Shown piece by piece: positions 46,852-55,458 of a stretch of DNA of 64,000 nucleotides. Positions within the stretch are counted from its first letter, which is position 1. Every line of letters begins with the position of its first letter. The stretch is from an uncultured Gammaproteobacteria bacterium (GTDB taxonomy: Bacteria; Patescibacteriota; Patescibacteriia; Magasanikbacterales; UBA922), in assembly GCA_965231005.1 (NCBI GenBank), contig OZ246405.1:1031829-1095828 (forward strand), written 5' to 3'. The notes under the pieces were generated by a model that had not been told where the DNA came from, made no database searches, and saw only the letters and a program-made list of their open reading frames with translations. Position numbers and translations under genes: made by a program.

Positions 46852-46895
46852 GTCGGGGAGCCTACGCGCTGCGTAGACTCCCCTCCCTTCGATGA

Positions 46896-47108
46896 CTACT
46901 TGTCCTTCGGTTTGGTACGAGTCAAGTTCATAAACCGTCGATGACGAGAACTTGAAGGCTTGCAAATGCCGCATTTTTCGAGCTCGTTCGTGTCGACCCC
47001 GTGCGGACAGTGCGAGCCCTTTCCACCCAGCTTGTTTCCTGTCTTCCTATCTCTTTGACAGTACTTGCAAGCTCCTGGCACAGCATCATGTCTGCAACGA
47101 GACATCAC
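46896..47108 (-). CDS. Small Cys/His-rich zinc-ribbon-like protein (GC-rich island)
   Basis: CKYC...HCPHG...CGIC pattern. Confidence 0.35.
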   Translation of the reverse strand: MMSRCRHDAVPGACKYCQRDRKTGNKLGGKGSHCPHGVDTNELEKCGICKPSSSRHRRFMNLTRTKPKDK

Positions 47109-47139
47109 TCCCCCTTGTTCTTCTGTGAACTTGATGCCT

Positions 47140-47469
47140 CTACTCGAGCTCGGCGAGCACAGAGTTGTCCCACACTTCCTTGATCACGATGGTCTCACCC
47201 TGCTTGGGTCGACGCGAGATGAAGCAGACCACGGCCGGCCTGAGTCGACTGTTCTCGGCCCAAAGCCACTGCCCCCTGTTGTCCGGATCTTCGCGAAGAC
47301 GGAGAACCATCGGTGTGTGTGGGTTGCCACGCGCATGATGAGATGTTGTGCAGCGTCTGCCAACAGTTGGGTGATCCACCTTGATCCTGGCACCAACCTT
47401 CGGTTTGCCCATCCCGAAATTCGAAGCTCCAAAAACGATCTCTGTCATGATAAACCCCCTTATGTCCAT
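47140..47469 (-). CDS. Hypothetical protein (GC-rich island)
   Basis: 109-aa ORF directly upstream of the zinc-ribbon ORF on the same strand. Confidence 0.35.
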   Translation of the reverse strand: MDIRGFIMTEIVFGASNFGMGKPKVGARIKVDHPTVGRRCTTSHHARGNPHTPMVLRLREDPDNRGQWLWAENSRLRPAVVCFISRRPKQGETIVIKEVWDNSVLAELE

Positions 47470-47550
47470 TGGACTGAAAAGCAGCTTGTTCTAAAGCTGC
47501 TACTTTTGTTCGAGAAATATTGTACACGAAGAATCAAGAATTGTCAAGAA

Positions 47551-47964
47551 TTAGCGTAAAAATTCTTTGTATGCTTTTTCATTGTTATATGGAAGAAAAT
47601 CATCTTGATGAATTGGAGCATGAAATTTTTTTCCTTTTTTATGCCGAATGCCACACCAATACCACTCTGTTCTCCCTGCGATAGTCATAGCATAATGCAT
47701 AAGTCCATTGACATACCCACAATACATACAATGAATTCTGTCACGAATATTCAAATATTTTAATTTATGTCTGTCAACACGGATATATTCTTTTCGTTTT
47801 ATATACTTAAGTCCGTACAAAGGAAAACAAATGCGATGATATATTTCTAAACTTATATCAAGAAATACTGACGGAATAATCATAAAATAAATAAAAGGCA
47901 TTGTAAGAATGTGTTGAAAATGCCTTTGGGGAAGATGTTTTTGAAATTCCATAATTAATCTCAA
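47551..47964 (-). CDS. Hypothetical membrane-associated protein with a C-terminal CxxC...C motif
   Basis: 137-aa ORF with a hairpin terminator downstream (agcagctt-gttctaa-agctgct). Confidence 0.4.
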   Translation of the reverse strand: MRLIMEFQKHLPQRHFQHILTMPFIYFMIIPSVFLDISLEIYHRICFPLYGLKYIKRKEYIRVDRHKLKYLNIRDRIHCMYCGYVNGLMHYAMTIAGRTEWYWCGIRHKKGKKFHAPIHQDDFLPYNNEKAYKEFLR

Positions 47965-48067
47965 TGTTTAATTCTTAATTTATTTATTACTTTCCATAAT
48001 AGCATAGATGACATAATTACTCTAGATCTGGTATACTGCTATAAATATAATTCATAATATTTTTTCT

Positions 48068-48442
48068 ATGAAAAAAACATCCTACAATGTTCTACGCATT
48101 GGAACAGGAATTACATTTATTTGGATTGCCTATCTTATTTGGCAAGCACCAGATGCATGGGCAAGTTTTATTCAACCATGGGCAGCAGCATTCTTACCAG
48201 AAAATCTTGCTGGCATGATGCAAAAAAATGCAATATTTGATGCACTACTTGGTCTATGGATGATTGTTGGCGGTAGACATGCATGGATAGGTTATGGACT
48301 TGGTGCACTACACGTTCTTGGAGTACTTATTACAACAACAGCTGGATTTGACAATATTGTTGTGCGAGACATTGCAATTCTTGCAGGAACACTTGCACTA
48401 TTTTTTGAAACAGTTCCTAAAAAATGGTTAAACTTAAACTAA
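48068..48442 (+). CDS. Hypothetical membrane protein (DoxX-like topology)
   Basis: 124 aa with 4 TM helices. Confidence 0.45.
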   Translation: MKKTSYNVLRIGTGITFIWIAYLIWQAPDAWASFIQPWAAAFLPENLAGMMQKNAIFDALLGLWMIVGGRHAWIGYGLGALHVLGVLITTTAGFDNIVVRDIAILAGTLALFFETVPKKWLNLN

Positions 48443-48521
48443 TTAACATTTTTATAAGAAATTGACGAATTTGTTCTAAACATGTTACACTTAAAAAACA
48501 TTATTCTTAACCATATTACAT

Positions 48522-48728
48522 ATGGGAAATTGTTCATCATGTCAAGTCGAACTTAACGACGAAAACAAATCTCCAATTGACAGCGGACGCTGTGCAGCAT
48601 GTGCACCAGCAGAAAGTGCAGAGGCAGCTCCAGCAGCACCTGAAGCACCAGCTCCAGAAGCAGCGCCAGCACCAGAAGGCGAAGAAGCAACACCTGAAGC
48701 ACCAGAAGGTGGAGATGCAGCAATGTAA
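48522..48728 (+). CDS. Small protein with N-terminal MGNCSSC and a Pro/Ala/Glu-rich repeat tail
   Basis: 68-aa ORF followed directly by a strong terminator. Confidence 0.35.
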   Translation: MGNCSSCQVELNDENKSPIDSGRCAACAPAESAEAAPAAPEAPAPEAAPAPEGEEATPEAPEGGDAAM

Positions 48729-48743
48729 ACACTTACACAAACT

Positions 48744-48778
48744 AAAAAATCTTGACCGTAGTCAAGATTTTTTTATTT
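48744..48778. terminator. Bidirectional rho-independent terminator
   Basis: aaaaaatcttgac-cgtag-tcaagatttttttatttt. Confidence 0.8.
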
Positions 48779-48782
48779 TCAA

Positions 48783-49847
48783 TTATTTTTTTACGTATAC
48801 TGTCTGCGTTGGGTATGCAAAATGAATACCCTTCTTTTCTAGCAAATCAAGAAGCGCATAATGAATATCTTGTTTTGTATTTAAATATACATGATAATCT
48901 GCCGTTTCAACATAATACACTGCTTCAAACTCAAGTGATGATTCACCATAATTAATAAAATGACATCGATCAAATGTTGCTTCTTTTTCTTTTTCAATAA
49001 CACCTTGTACAAACTCAGGAATTTTTTTAAGAAGTTTTAAGTCTGTACCAAATTCAACACCAAACTTGAGTACTTCTCTGCGTCGTTCCATTGTTTTTAA
49101 ATTCTGTACACGCGCACTAGTCAAATCTTTATTTGAGATAATCATTTCTTCTCCACGTAATGTTTTAATACGTGTTGTTTTTAAACCAATTTTTTGTACC
49201 ACACCACTGTCTTGTCCAACAATAATAAAATCACCAATAGAAAATGGTTTATCAAACAAAATTGAAAACGAACTAAATACATCGCTCAAAAGATTCTGTA
49301 GTGCAAAGGCAATTGCAATACCTCCAATTCCTAAACTTGCAATAAGTGATGAAACATTCACGCCAAGATTTGAAAGTAAGAAAAGCAAACCAAGTGACCA
49401 CAATGTTATTCGAATAAATACCATTCCCATGTTTACCATTGCATTTTGATTTTCATTATCATGATTACGCTTTTTTAAATATGCCTTCATGCTAAATGTT
49501 GCAAGCGATTCAATAGCCGTAACAAATTGCGCAATGACAACAATTAAAAACAATATTTCAACGGTCTTTCCAATCCATGGATGAACAACTAAATATTGTA
49601 GTGGGATATACAAAGAAATAAGAATATACAGTGATGGACGAATATTCCCTGCAACTTCTACAAGCATATCATCCAGATTGCTTTTTGTTTTTTTAGCAAG
49701 TCGTTTTAATTTTCCAACAAGTACAAGTTGAAATAATTTTAAAACAATAAGAAGTCCAATGAACATTGCTCCTGCAACGACATATTCCCATGCAGTATTC
49801 CCCCAAAATGTAAATTGTTCTAAAAATAATTGGTATGGTTCTAACAT
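48783..49847 (-). CDS. mscS: Small-conductance mechanosensitive channel
   Basis: 3 TM helices plus the MscS beta-domain motif IGDFIIVGQDSGVVQKIGLKTTRIKTLRGE. Confidence 0.85.
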   Translation of the reverse strand: MLEPYQLFLEQFTFWGNTAWEYVVAGAMFIGLLIVLKLFQLVLVGKLKRLAKKTKSNLDDMLVEVAGNIRPSLYILISLYIPLQYLVVHPWIGKTVEILFLIVVIAQFVTAIESLATFSMKAYLKKRNHDNENQNAMVNMGMVFIRITLWSLGLLFLLSNLGVNVSSLIASLGIGGIAIAFALQNLLSDVFSSFSILFDKPFSIGDFIIVGQDSGVVQKIGLKTTRIKTLRGEEMIISNKDLTSARVQNLKTMERRREVLKFGVEFGTDLKLLKKIPEFVQGVIEKEKEATFDRCHFINYGESSLEFEAVYYVETADYHVYLNTKQDIHYALLDLLEKKGIHFAYPTQTVYVKK

Positions 49848-50076
49848 AGAATAGATATTAGTAATGTTAGGAAAAACAGCTATAGTTTACCAAAAAATTG
49901 CACCAAAATCAACGAATGTACTTACAAATTGACAAAAACACATAAATCTGTCTAAATATGTGAAATAACCAAGTTACACACTTGGTTGATTTGTGCACAT
50001 TACAACCTATGTAATGCAGAGCCCACTGTCTATCTCACGGGGGCAGTTTCCACATTTTCGTGGGATACTCCGCCAA

Positions 50077-50100
50077 AGAGGTGGACACGTGTCACTCTGT
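50077..50100 (+). promoter_or_regulatory. Operator-like imperfect palindrome AGAGGTGGACACGTGTCACTCTGT, ~30 nt upstream of the MFS start
   Basis: Shared with 52895-52920. The inverted half-sites recur 3' of both genes. Confidence 0.4.
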
Positions 50101-50128
50101 ATTACTCCCCAACTGGAGGGAAAAGACA

Positions 50129-51682
50129 ATGAATGATCAATTGAGAAACAATGCAGAAGCTGCGACAAAGGCGACAATGTTCGCTGTAATCGCGTCCCTT
50201 GGCTGGGTCTTCTGGTGCGTTGGCGGCATGGAGATGATCGAACGGCTTGCCTACTACGGCGTCAAGGCCGTTGCTGTCCTCTACGCCAAAGCCCCTGCAA
50301 AGGATGGTGGACTTGGCATTACCATGTCCGAATTCGGCAACATCCTGATGGTGTGGGCACTGGTGCAATCCATCCTCCCAGTATTCACAGGCGGACTTTC
50401 AGACATCTACGGCTACAAAGAAACAATCGCTGCGTCAACGGTCGTGAAGATCATTGGCTATCTGGTCATGGGATTTTTCCCCACGTACACTGGCTTCTTC
50501 ATCGGCGCGATCATCCTTGCCACTGGCACTGCTATCTTCAAGCCTGGCATCCAAGGAACACTGGTGAAAACCGTTACCAAGGAGTCAAAGTCCATCGGCT
50601 GGGGTATCTTCTACCAAACAGTCAACATCGGTGGCTTTCTTGGTCCGATCCTGGCTGGACAGATGCGCAAAATGGAGTGGAAGTACGTTTTCTTCGCATG
50701 CGCAGCAATCATCTCCCTCAACTTCATCATGATTTTCCTCTACAAAGAGCCTGGAAAGGAAGATCGTCTGGCTCGTGCTGCCCGAATCAAGCAAGGACAG
50801 GAAGCCAAGCGCGACCTGATCAAGGAATCACTCGAAGAGCTGAAAAAGCCGGTCCTCTGGGTCTACTTGATCCTGTTCTCTGGATTCTGGTTCATGTTCA
50901 ACGCTCTGTTTGACGTCCTGCCCGCACACATCGAAGACTGGGTCGACAGCCGCGACATTGTCGCTTCGATCTTCGGACCTGCTGGTGGCAACGGCCACTG
51001 GTTGAGCAAGATCATCGTCCTGAGCAAGGATGGGATGTCTCTGCTCCCAGAGAGCCTGTTGAACGTAAATGCTGGCTTGATCATGATTACCTGTTTCTTT
51101 TTCAGCTATCTCAGCGGCAAAATGCGCGACGTCACGTCCATCTTCTTGGGCACACTCATGGCAACGGGATCTCTCTTCTTCATCGGGCAAGCAACGGCCG
51201 GCTGGTTCATGGTCTTTGTGATCTGTCTGTTCTCAATCGGCGAGATGATCTCAAGTCCCAAGTTCAGCGAATTCATCGGTGCAATCGCTCCAAGCGATAA
51301 AAAAGCCATGTACCTGGGCTTCTCGCAGATCCCGCTTGCCATTGGTTGGACGCTGGAAGGCAAGATCGGTCCGTGGCTCTACGGCAAGTACGCAAGCAAG
51401 GAAAACATCTCTCGAGAAGCACTCGGTGAGCAAGGCCTGCTCTCGGCTGACAAGATCAAGGACATCCCTGAAGGTGAGGCTTTCCAGAAGCTTGTCGAGC
51501 TCACAGGCACAGACTCGTTTGAGCTCACACAGCAGTTCTACCAATCGCACGATATCGCAACGGTCTGGATCATCATGGGCGTGGTCGGTGTGTTGTCTGC
51601 AATCGGCATCTGGATCTACGGCAAGTGGATCATCAAGCTGAACGAATCTGGCAAAGTTGACTTTGGCGATGCCAAAATCTGA
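50129..51682 (+). CDS. MFS transporter (GC-rich, foreign-looking)
   Basis: 12 TM helices and an MFS signature. GGAGGG RBS 7 nt before the ATG at 50129. The ORF-track start at 50060 is upstream of the RBS. Confidence 0.75.
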   Translation: MNDQLRNNAEAATKATMFAVIASLGWVFWCVGGMEMIERLAYYGVKAVAVLYAKAPAKDGGLGITMSEFGNILMVWALVQSILPVFTGGLSDIYGYKETIAASTVVKIIGYLVMGFFPTYTGFFIGAIILATGTAIFKPGIQGTLVKTVTKESKSIGWGIFYQTVNIGGFLGPILAGQMRKMEWKYVFFACAAIISLNFIMIFLYKEPGKEDRLARAARIKQGQEAKRDLIKESLEELKKPVLWVYLILFSGFWFMFNALFDVLPAHIEDWVDSRDIVASIFGPAGGNGHWLSKIIVLSKDGMSLLPESLLNVNAGLIMITCFFFSYLSGKMRDVTSIFLGTLMATGSLFFIGQATAGWFMVFVICLFSIGEMISSPKFSEFIGAIAPSDKKAMYLGFSQIPLAIGWTLEGKIGPWLYGKYASKENISREALGEQGLLSADKIKDIPEGEAFQKLVELTGTDSFELTQQFYQSHDIATVWIIMGVVGVLSAIGIWIYGKWIIKLNESGKVDFGDAKI

Positions 51683-51761
51683 ACGAACAGAGTGACACAA
51701 ACAGTGGGAGTGGGCGTGATGGCAAAAGCCTCCGTCCACTCCCACTGTCCACTTTATAAAA

Positions 51762-51790
51762 ACAAACGCATTTGGCGTTTTTTTGTTTAT
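51762..51790 (+). terminator. Hairpin plus T-run after the MFS gene
   Basis: aacgc-atttg-gcgtt TTTTTTTG. It is preceded by a longer cagtgggagtgg/ccactcccactg stem. Confidence 0.55.
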
Positions 51791-51878
51791 AAAAAATTAC
51801 TATTTACATCATCTTTTCCTAAACTCTTCTTGATGAATTACATCCTACGCTACAAAAGACTCTAACAAGGAGGCCGCT

Positions 51879-52637
51879 ATGCGCCATCCACCACAAAATA
51901 GACTAGCTGCTATTGCACTATGCAGCTCTGTGGTGTTTGCGTTGCCCCACGCCAACGCAACAGAAAAACATAAGCCCACAAAAGAACAAGAAGCACTCGC
52001 AATTGCAAAAGTTACTGAAGCAAAAGCATTCTTCAAGAACCACGTATACAAACGTGCTGCCCAACGTTTCATGGAAGCCTACGCGATTGCAAAACACCCC
52101 ACATCTATGTACAACGCTGCACGTGCATATCAAAAAGGAAAAATGTTTAGCGAAGCAGTTGCGCTATTCAGAGAATACCTTTCCCTAAAAAATATAACAG
52201 AGGATGACCGAAAACACGCACGGGAGCGACTCGACGACATCCAAAAAGAAAGACAAAACATATCCCTTGCAAAACAAATCACTGAAACATCCGACAGTAG
52301 TCTTTCTGACAATGCCCAGTTCTTTGGAAGTCTAGGAATAGGAGCTACTTCCTCAATAATAGGAACAATAAAAATTCTGGATGGCATTGCACTCATGAAA
52401 GATGCCAACAACATGAAACTGATTGGGAGCAACGCAGACGAAGAGTACACAAACAAAAAAAACAAAGCCCAGAATACATATATTCTCGGGTGGTCCCTGG
52501 TAGGACTAGGAGCCCTTTCTTTTGGATTCAGTGCGTGGAAATGGTTTGATATGCAACCTGGGAAAACCCATGCATGGACAATACAGCCAGAGTATACAGC
52601 AGAGAAAAAAGGACTAAATGTAGTGCTACTATTCTGA
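51879..52637 (+). CDS. Secreted hypothetical protein (AT-rich paralog of 52949..53962)
   Basis: Signal peptide. Shared blocks MYNAARAYQ, NNMKLIG and a C-terminal AWxxQP...G.F. Confidence 0.6.
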   Translation: MRHPPQNRLAAIALCSSVVFALPHANATEKHKPTKEQEALAIAKVTEAKAFFKNHVYKRAAQRFMEAYAIAKHPTSMYNAARAYQKGKMFSEAVALFREYLSLKNITEDDRKHARERLDDIQKERQNISLAKQITETSDSSLSDNAQFFGSLGIGATSSIIGTIKILDGIALMKDANNMKLIGSNADEEYTNKKNKAQNTYILGWSLVGLGALSFGFSAWKWFDMQPGKTHAWTIQPEYTAEKKGLNVVLLF

Positions 52638-52668
52638 AAAACGGCAAAAACCAAAGCAATAAGGAGAG

Positions 52669-52705
52669 GCGGATAAAACAAAATCTTTGTCCGCTTTTTT
52701 TTTGC
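52669..52705 (+). terminator. Hairpin plus T9 terminator
   Basis: ggcggataaaacaaaatctttgtccgc TTTTTTTTT. Confidence 0.6.
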
Positions 52706-52894
52706 AAAAAAGATGGTATATAAAATTTTGCTAAAGGCAACTTGACAAGATACTGGATTTATGATAAATAAAGGTGCTATAGTATAGATGGAGTATTCCG
52801 TATACTTGATCCTTAACAATAAGTAATTAGCAGAGAGAAACATGTTCATCTCGAATTTGTGACAACGCCGGAACGGTCCGGCTTAGTCCGAGCA

Positions 52895-52920
52895 GAGGTG
52901 AACGCGTGTCACTCTCTGCT
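52895..52920 (+). promoter_or_regulatory. Second copy of the operator-like palindrome AGAGGTGAACGCGTGTCACTCTCTG
   Basis: ~30 nt upstream of the ATG at 52949 (RBS AGGAGG). Confidence 0.4.
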
Positions 52921-52948
52921 ATTCGAAACAAGGCTACAGGAGGATATC

Positions 52949-53962
52949 ATGCTGAGCCGTTACATGAGTTGGGGGGCTCTGGTTGCTGGGTTCCTCTTGG
53001 TCGCCGCGACGTCCGCGACGATCGTGCCCACCGAGGCACATGCCAAGACCAAGAAGAGCGAAGCCCGAAAGAGCGCAGAAGCCATTGCTGTGCTGGCCAC
53101 CGCTGACTACAAGAAGGGCAACTACGACGCTGCCAGCATCAAGTTCATGAAGGCGTTCAACACGTTCCGCGAGCCAACGCTCATCTACAACGCAGCCCGT
53201 GCCAAGCAGCGAGCTGCAAACGCGGCTCGAAGCACTGTAGAAGCATCTGCGAAGCGTCATGAGGCGATCGGCTACTTCAACATGTACCTGGAACTTCGGC
53301 GCACGAAGAAGAAGGGTCGGATCGCGGCCAGGAAGCACATCAAGTCGATGGAAGCAAAGCTGGCAGCCGCCGAGAAGAACCGTCCGATCATGCACCCAGC
53401 TGCACCTGCCATGGTCATCGCCCCGCGCGAAAAGCCTGGCGAGGCTGCCGAGCACGAACGACTGCACAACAGGCCCAGCACAACGACCAAGCCTGGTTCG
53501 CTGACCGAGCGCCGCGATGGTGGCAAGGCCGAATCTCCGGTGAAGACCAAGAAGGCCGCACCTACGTCGACCGCACACGATCAGACCCCGCCACAAGAAG
53601 CCGTGAGGACGAAGATGCCACTACAGTCCAACAGCAACCTGCTGACCTGGTCTGCCATTGGTGGCGGAGGCGCACTCGCCGTTGGCGGTGCACTGGTCTG
53701 GCTGGAAGCCCTGAACAAGGCCACCGCGGCGAACAACATGAAGCTCGTCGGCAAGGACGCTGGACAGAAGTACAAGAACGAGCGAGCAAGCGCAGAGACC
53801 TGGCAAGGCGCCGGGATCGCCATGACGACCCTCGGAGTGGCTGCAACTGGCTTCGGCATCTGGCGCAAGCTGAACGAACCGACCAAGTCGAGCGCATGGA
53901 ACCTGGCACCCACGATGGGACCTGACGGCCAGCACGGCTTCGTCTTCACCTTCCGCAACTGA
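52949..53962 (+). CDS. Secreted hypothetical protein, very GC-rich paralog of 51879..52637
   Basis: Signal peptide MLSRYMSWGALVAGFLLVAATSA. Shared blocks IYNAARAKQ, NNMKLVG and a C-terminal AWNLAPT...GFVF. Confidence 0.6.
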   Translation: MLSRYMSWGALVAGFLLVAATSATIVPTEAHAKTKKSEARKSAEAIAVLATADYKKGNYDAASIKFMKAFNTFREPTLIYNAARAKQRAANAARSTVEASAKRHEAIGYFNMYLELRRTKKKGRIAARKHIKSMEAKLAAAEKNRPIMHPAAPAMVIAPREKPGEAAEHERLHNRPSTTTKPGSLTERRDGGKAESPVKTKKAAPTSTAHDQTPPQEAVRTKMPLQSNSNLLTWSAIGGGGALAVGGALVWLEALNKATAANNMKLVGKDAGQKYKNERASAETWQGAGIAMTTLGVAATGFGIWRKLNEPTKSSAWNLAPTMGPDGQHGFVFTFRN

Positions 53963-54146
53963 ACCTGAGAGCCGCGCGCAAATGGAGAGCAGCGAGGTAC
54001 CGGTCATCCCCTTGGCCGGCCTCGCAGCTCTCCTGCGTTCGAACAGAGAGTGACACACAATCTTTCAAATAAAAAAACAGCACAGAAGCTGATTTTTTTG
54101 TTGGAAAAATTTGACTAAATGTACACAAAGTATATACTAAATTTCT

Positions 54147-54785
54147 ATGACAAATCTTCCAAAAAATATCACAATCCAACAACGTATAGAAATTCTTGAA
54201 GCCCTTACTGACATTGAGGCAAAAAATAAATACACAGTGTCTGATGCAGATGGAAATATTCTATTATACGCATATGAGACAAGCTCATTATTTCTGCGCC
54301 TTATCCTGCCATTCAAACACATGAGACCACTGAAACTAACTATACTCGATACAAATAAACAAAAGATAATGACGTTGGATCGACCATTTTATATGCTCAA
54401 ATCAAAACACATCCTTCGTAATGCTCAACAGAATATTATTGGATATGTAAAGCAAAAAAAGTGGTTTTTCCTACGCACTGAATTTGAAGTGTACAACGGA
54501 AAAGAGGAACATCTATTCACCTGCTACCATGATTCAATAAAAAGCTACAAAGATGTAAGAGACAAAAAAGAGCGTCCTTCAAAATTCATGTTGTTCCATG
54601 CCATGAAAGATGGAAAAGAGATTGCGCAATTTTCATGGACACTAAATGCAAAAGAGCTTGTTAAGTTTGCATTTACAGATGCAAATAATATATCAATAGA
54701 CAATAAAGAAGTCGACGATCACAAAACAAAATGGATGATTTTAGCTACTGCATTTGCATTTGATCTTCGTCATCTGGAATGGTAA
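54147..54785 (+). CDS. Possible LURP-one-related / scramblase-like (tubby-like fold) protein
   Basis: 212 aa. The beta-rich pattern and the C-terminal hydrophobic helix KWMILATAFAFDL resemble the DUF567/PLSCR family. Low certainty. Confidence 0.35.
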   Translation: MTNLPKNITIQQRIEILEALTDIEAKNKYTVSDADGNILLYAYETSSLFLRLILPFKHMRPLKLTILDTNKQKIMTLDRPFYMLKSKHILRNAQQNIIGYVKQKKWFFLRTEFEVYNGKEEHLFTCYHDSIKSYKDVRDKKERPSKFMLFHAMKDGKEIAQFSWTLNAKELVKFAFTDANNISIDNKEVDDHKTKWMILATAFAFDLRHLEW

Positions 54786-54788
54786 AGA

Positions 54789-55322
54789 TTAACTCAATCC
54801 TTGAGGAACATTTTGTGTTTCAATTCGAATAAATTCCCCATCTTCATTATAAAAACAGTGGTATAACTTTGGTACCTCTTTTTTTAATAAATCAGAAAGA
54901 TAGTGTGGAACATTAGAAGGCACATCAGAATTACTCTTATCACATGCCCATTCTAGCAACTTCCATTCAAGATTTCCCTCTCTTGAATTTTTGTATTCTT
55001 GCTGAATATCTTGTCTATCAGAAAAATGTGCAGTGTATATATACATACCTTTATTGTGATTATTCCTATCTTTTGGTGTGTCCCAAGTAACAATTCCTTG
55101 AAATGTTAATTCATCTGCCTTAGTAACATCTAATCCGGTCTCCTCTAACACTTCTCTCACAACAGCATCCCTATGCGACTCCCCTTCATCAATTTTACCT
55201 CCAACACCATTCCATTTATCTTTTAATGGTGGTTTTGCACGATGCAACATTAAAACATTGTCTCCTGAGATACAGAAGCAAATAGTATATAGAATGTTCA
55301 ATTTTTCTTTCATACAAAACAT
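54789..55322 (-). CDS. NUDIX hydrolase
   Basis: Nudix box GGKIDEGESHRDAVVREVLEETGL. The ORF-track N-terminal extension into the acs 3' region is spurious. Confidence 0.75.
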   Translation of the reverse strand: MFCMKEKLNILYTICFCISGDNVLMLHRAKPPLKDKWNGVGGKIDEGESHRDAVVREVLEETGLDVTKADELTFQGIVTWDTPKDRNNHNKGMYIYTAHFSDRQDIQQEYKNSREGNLEWKLLEWACDKSNSDVPSNVPHYLSDLLKKEVPKLYHCFYNEDGEFIRIETQNVPQGLS

Positions 55323-55458
55323 AGTAAAGCATAAATTGAATTGAAAGTAAAAAGAAAAAAACACCATTCTTTGGTGTAACCGATCCGCACCTCTGACACC
55401 GACATATTTTGCAATATATCGGGTCAGAGGGCGGAAGAATCCTTGTTGTGTTGTTGAG

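Noticed and set aside
52130-52849. 239-aa minus-strand ORF
   Set aside because: It is antisense to the secreted-protein gene 51879..52637 and spans its terminator. It is a hydrophobic artifact.
52906-54182. Cluster of 60-220-aa ORFs on both strands inside the GC-rich secreted-protein gene
   Set aside because: High GC suppresses stop codons in all frames. Only the + frame with a signal peptide, an RBS and paralog support is credible.
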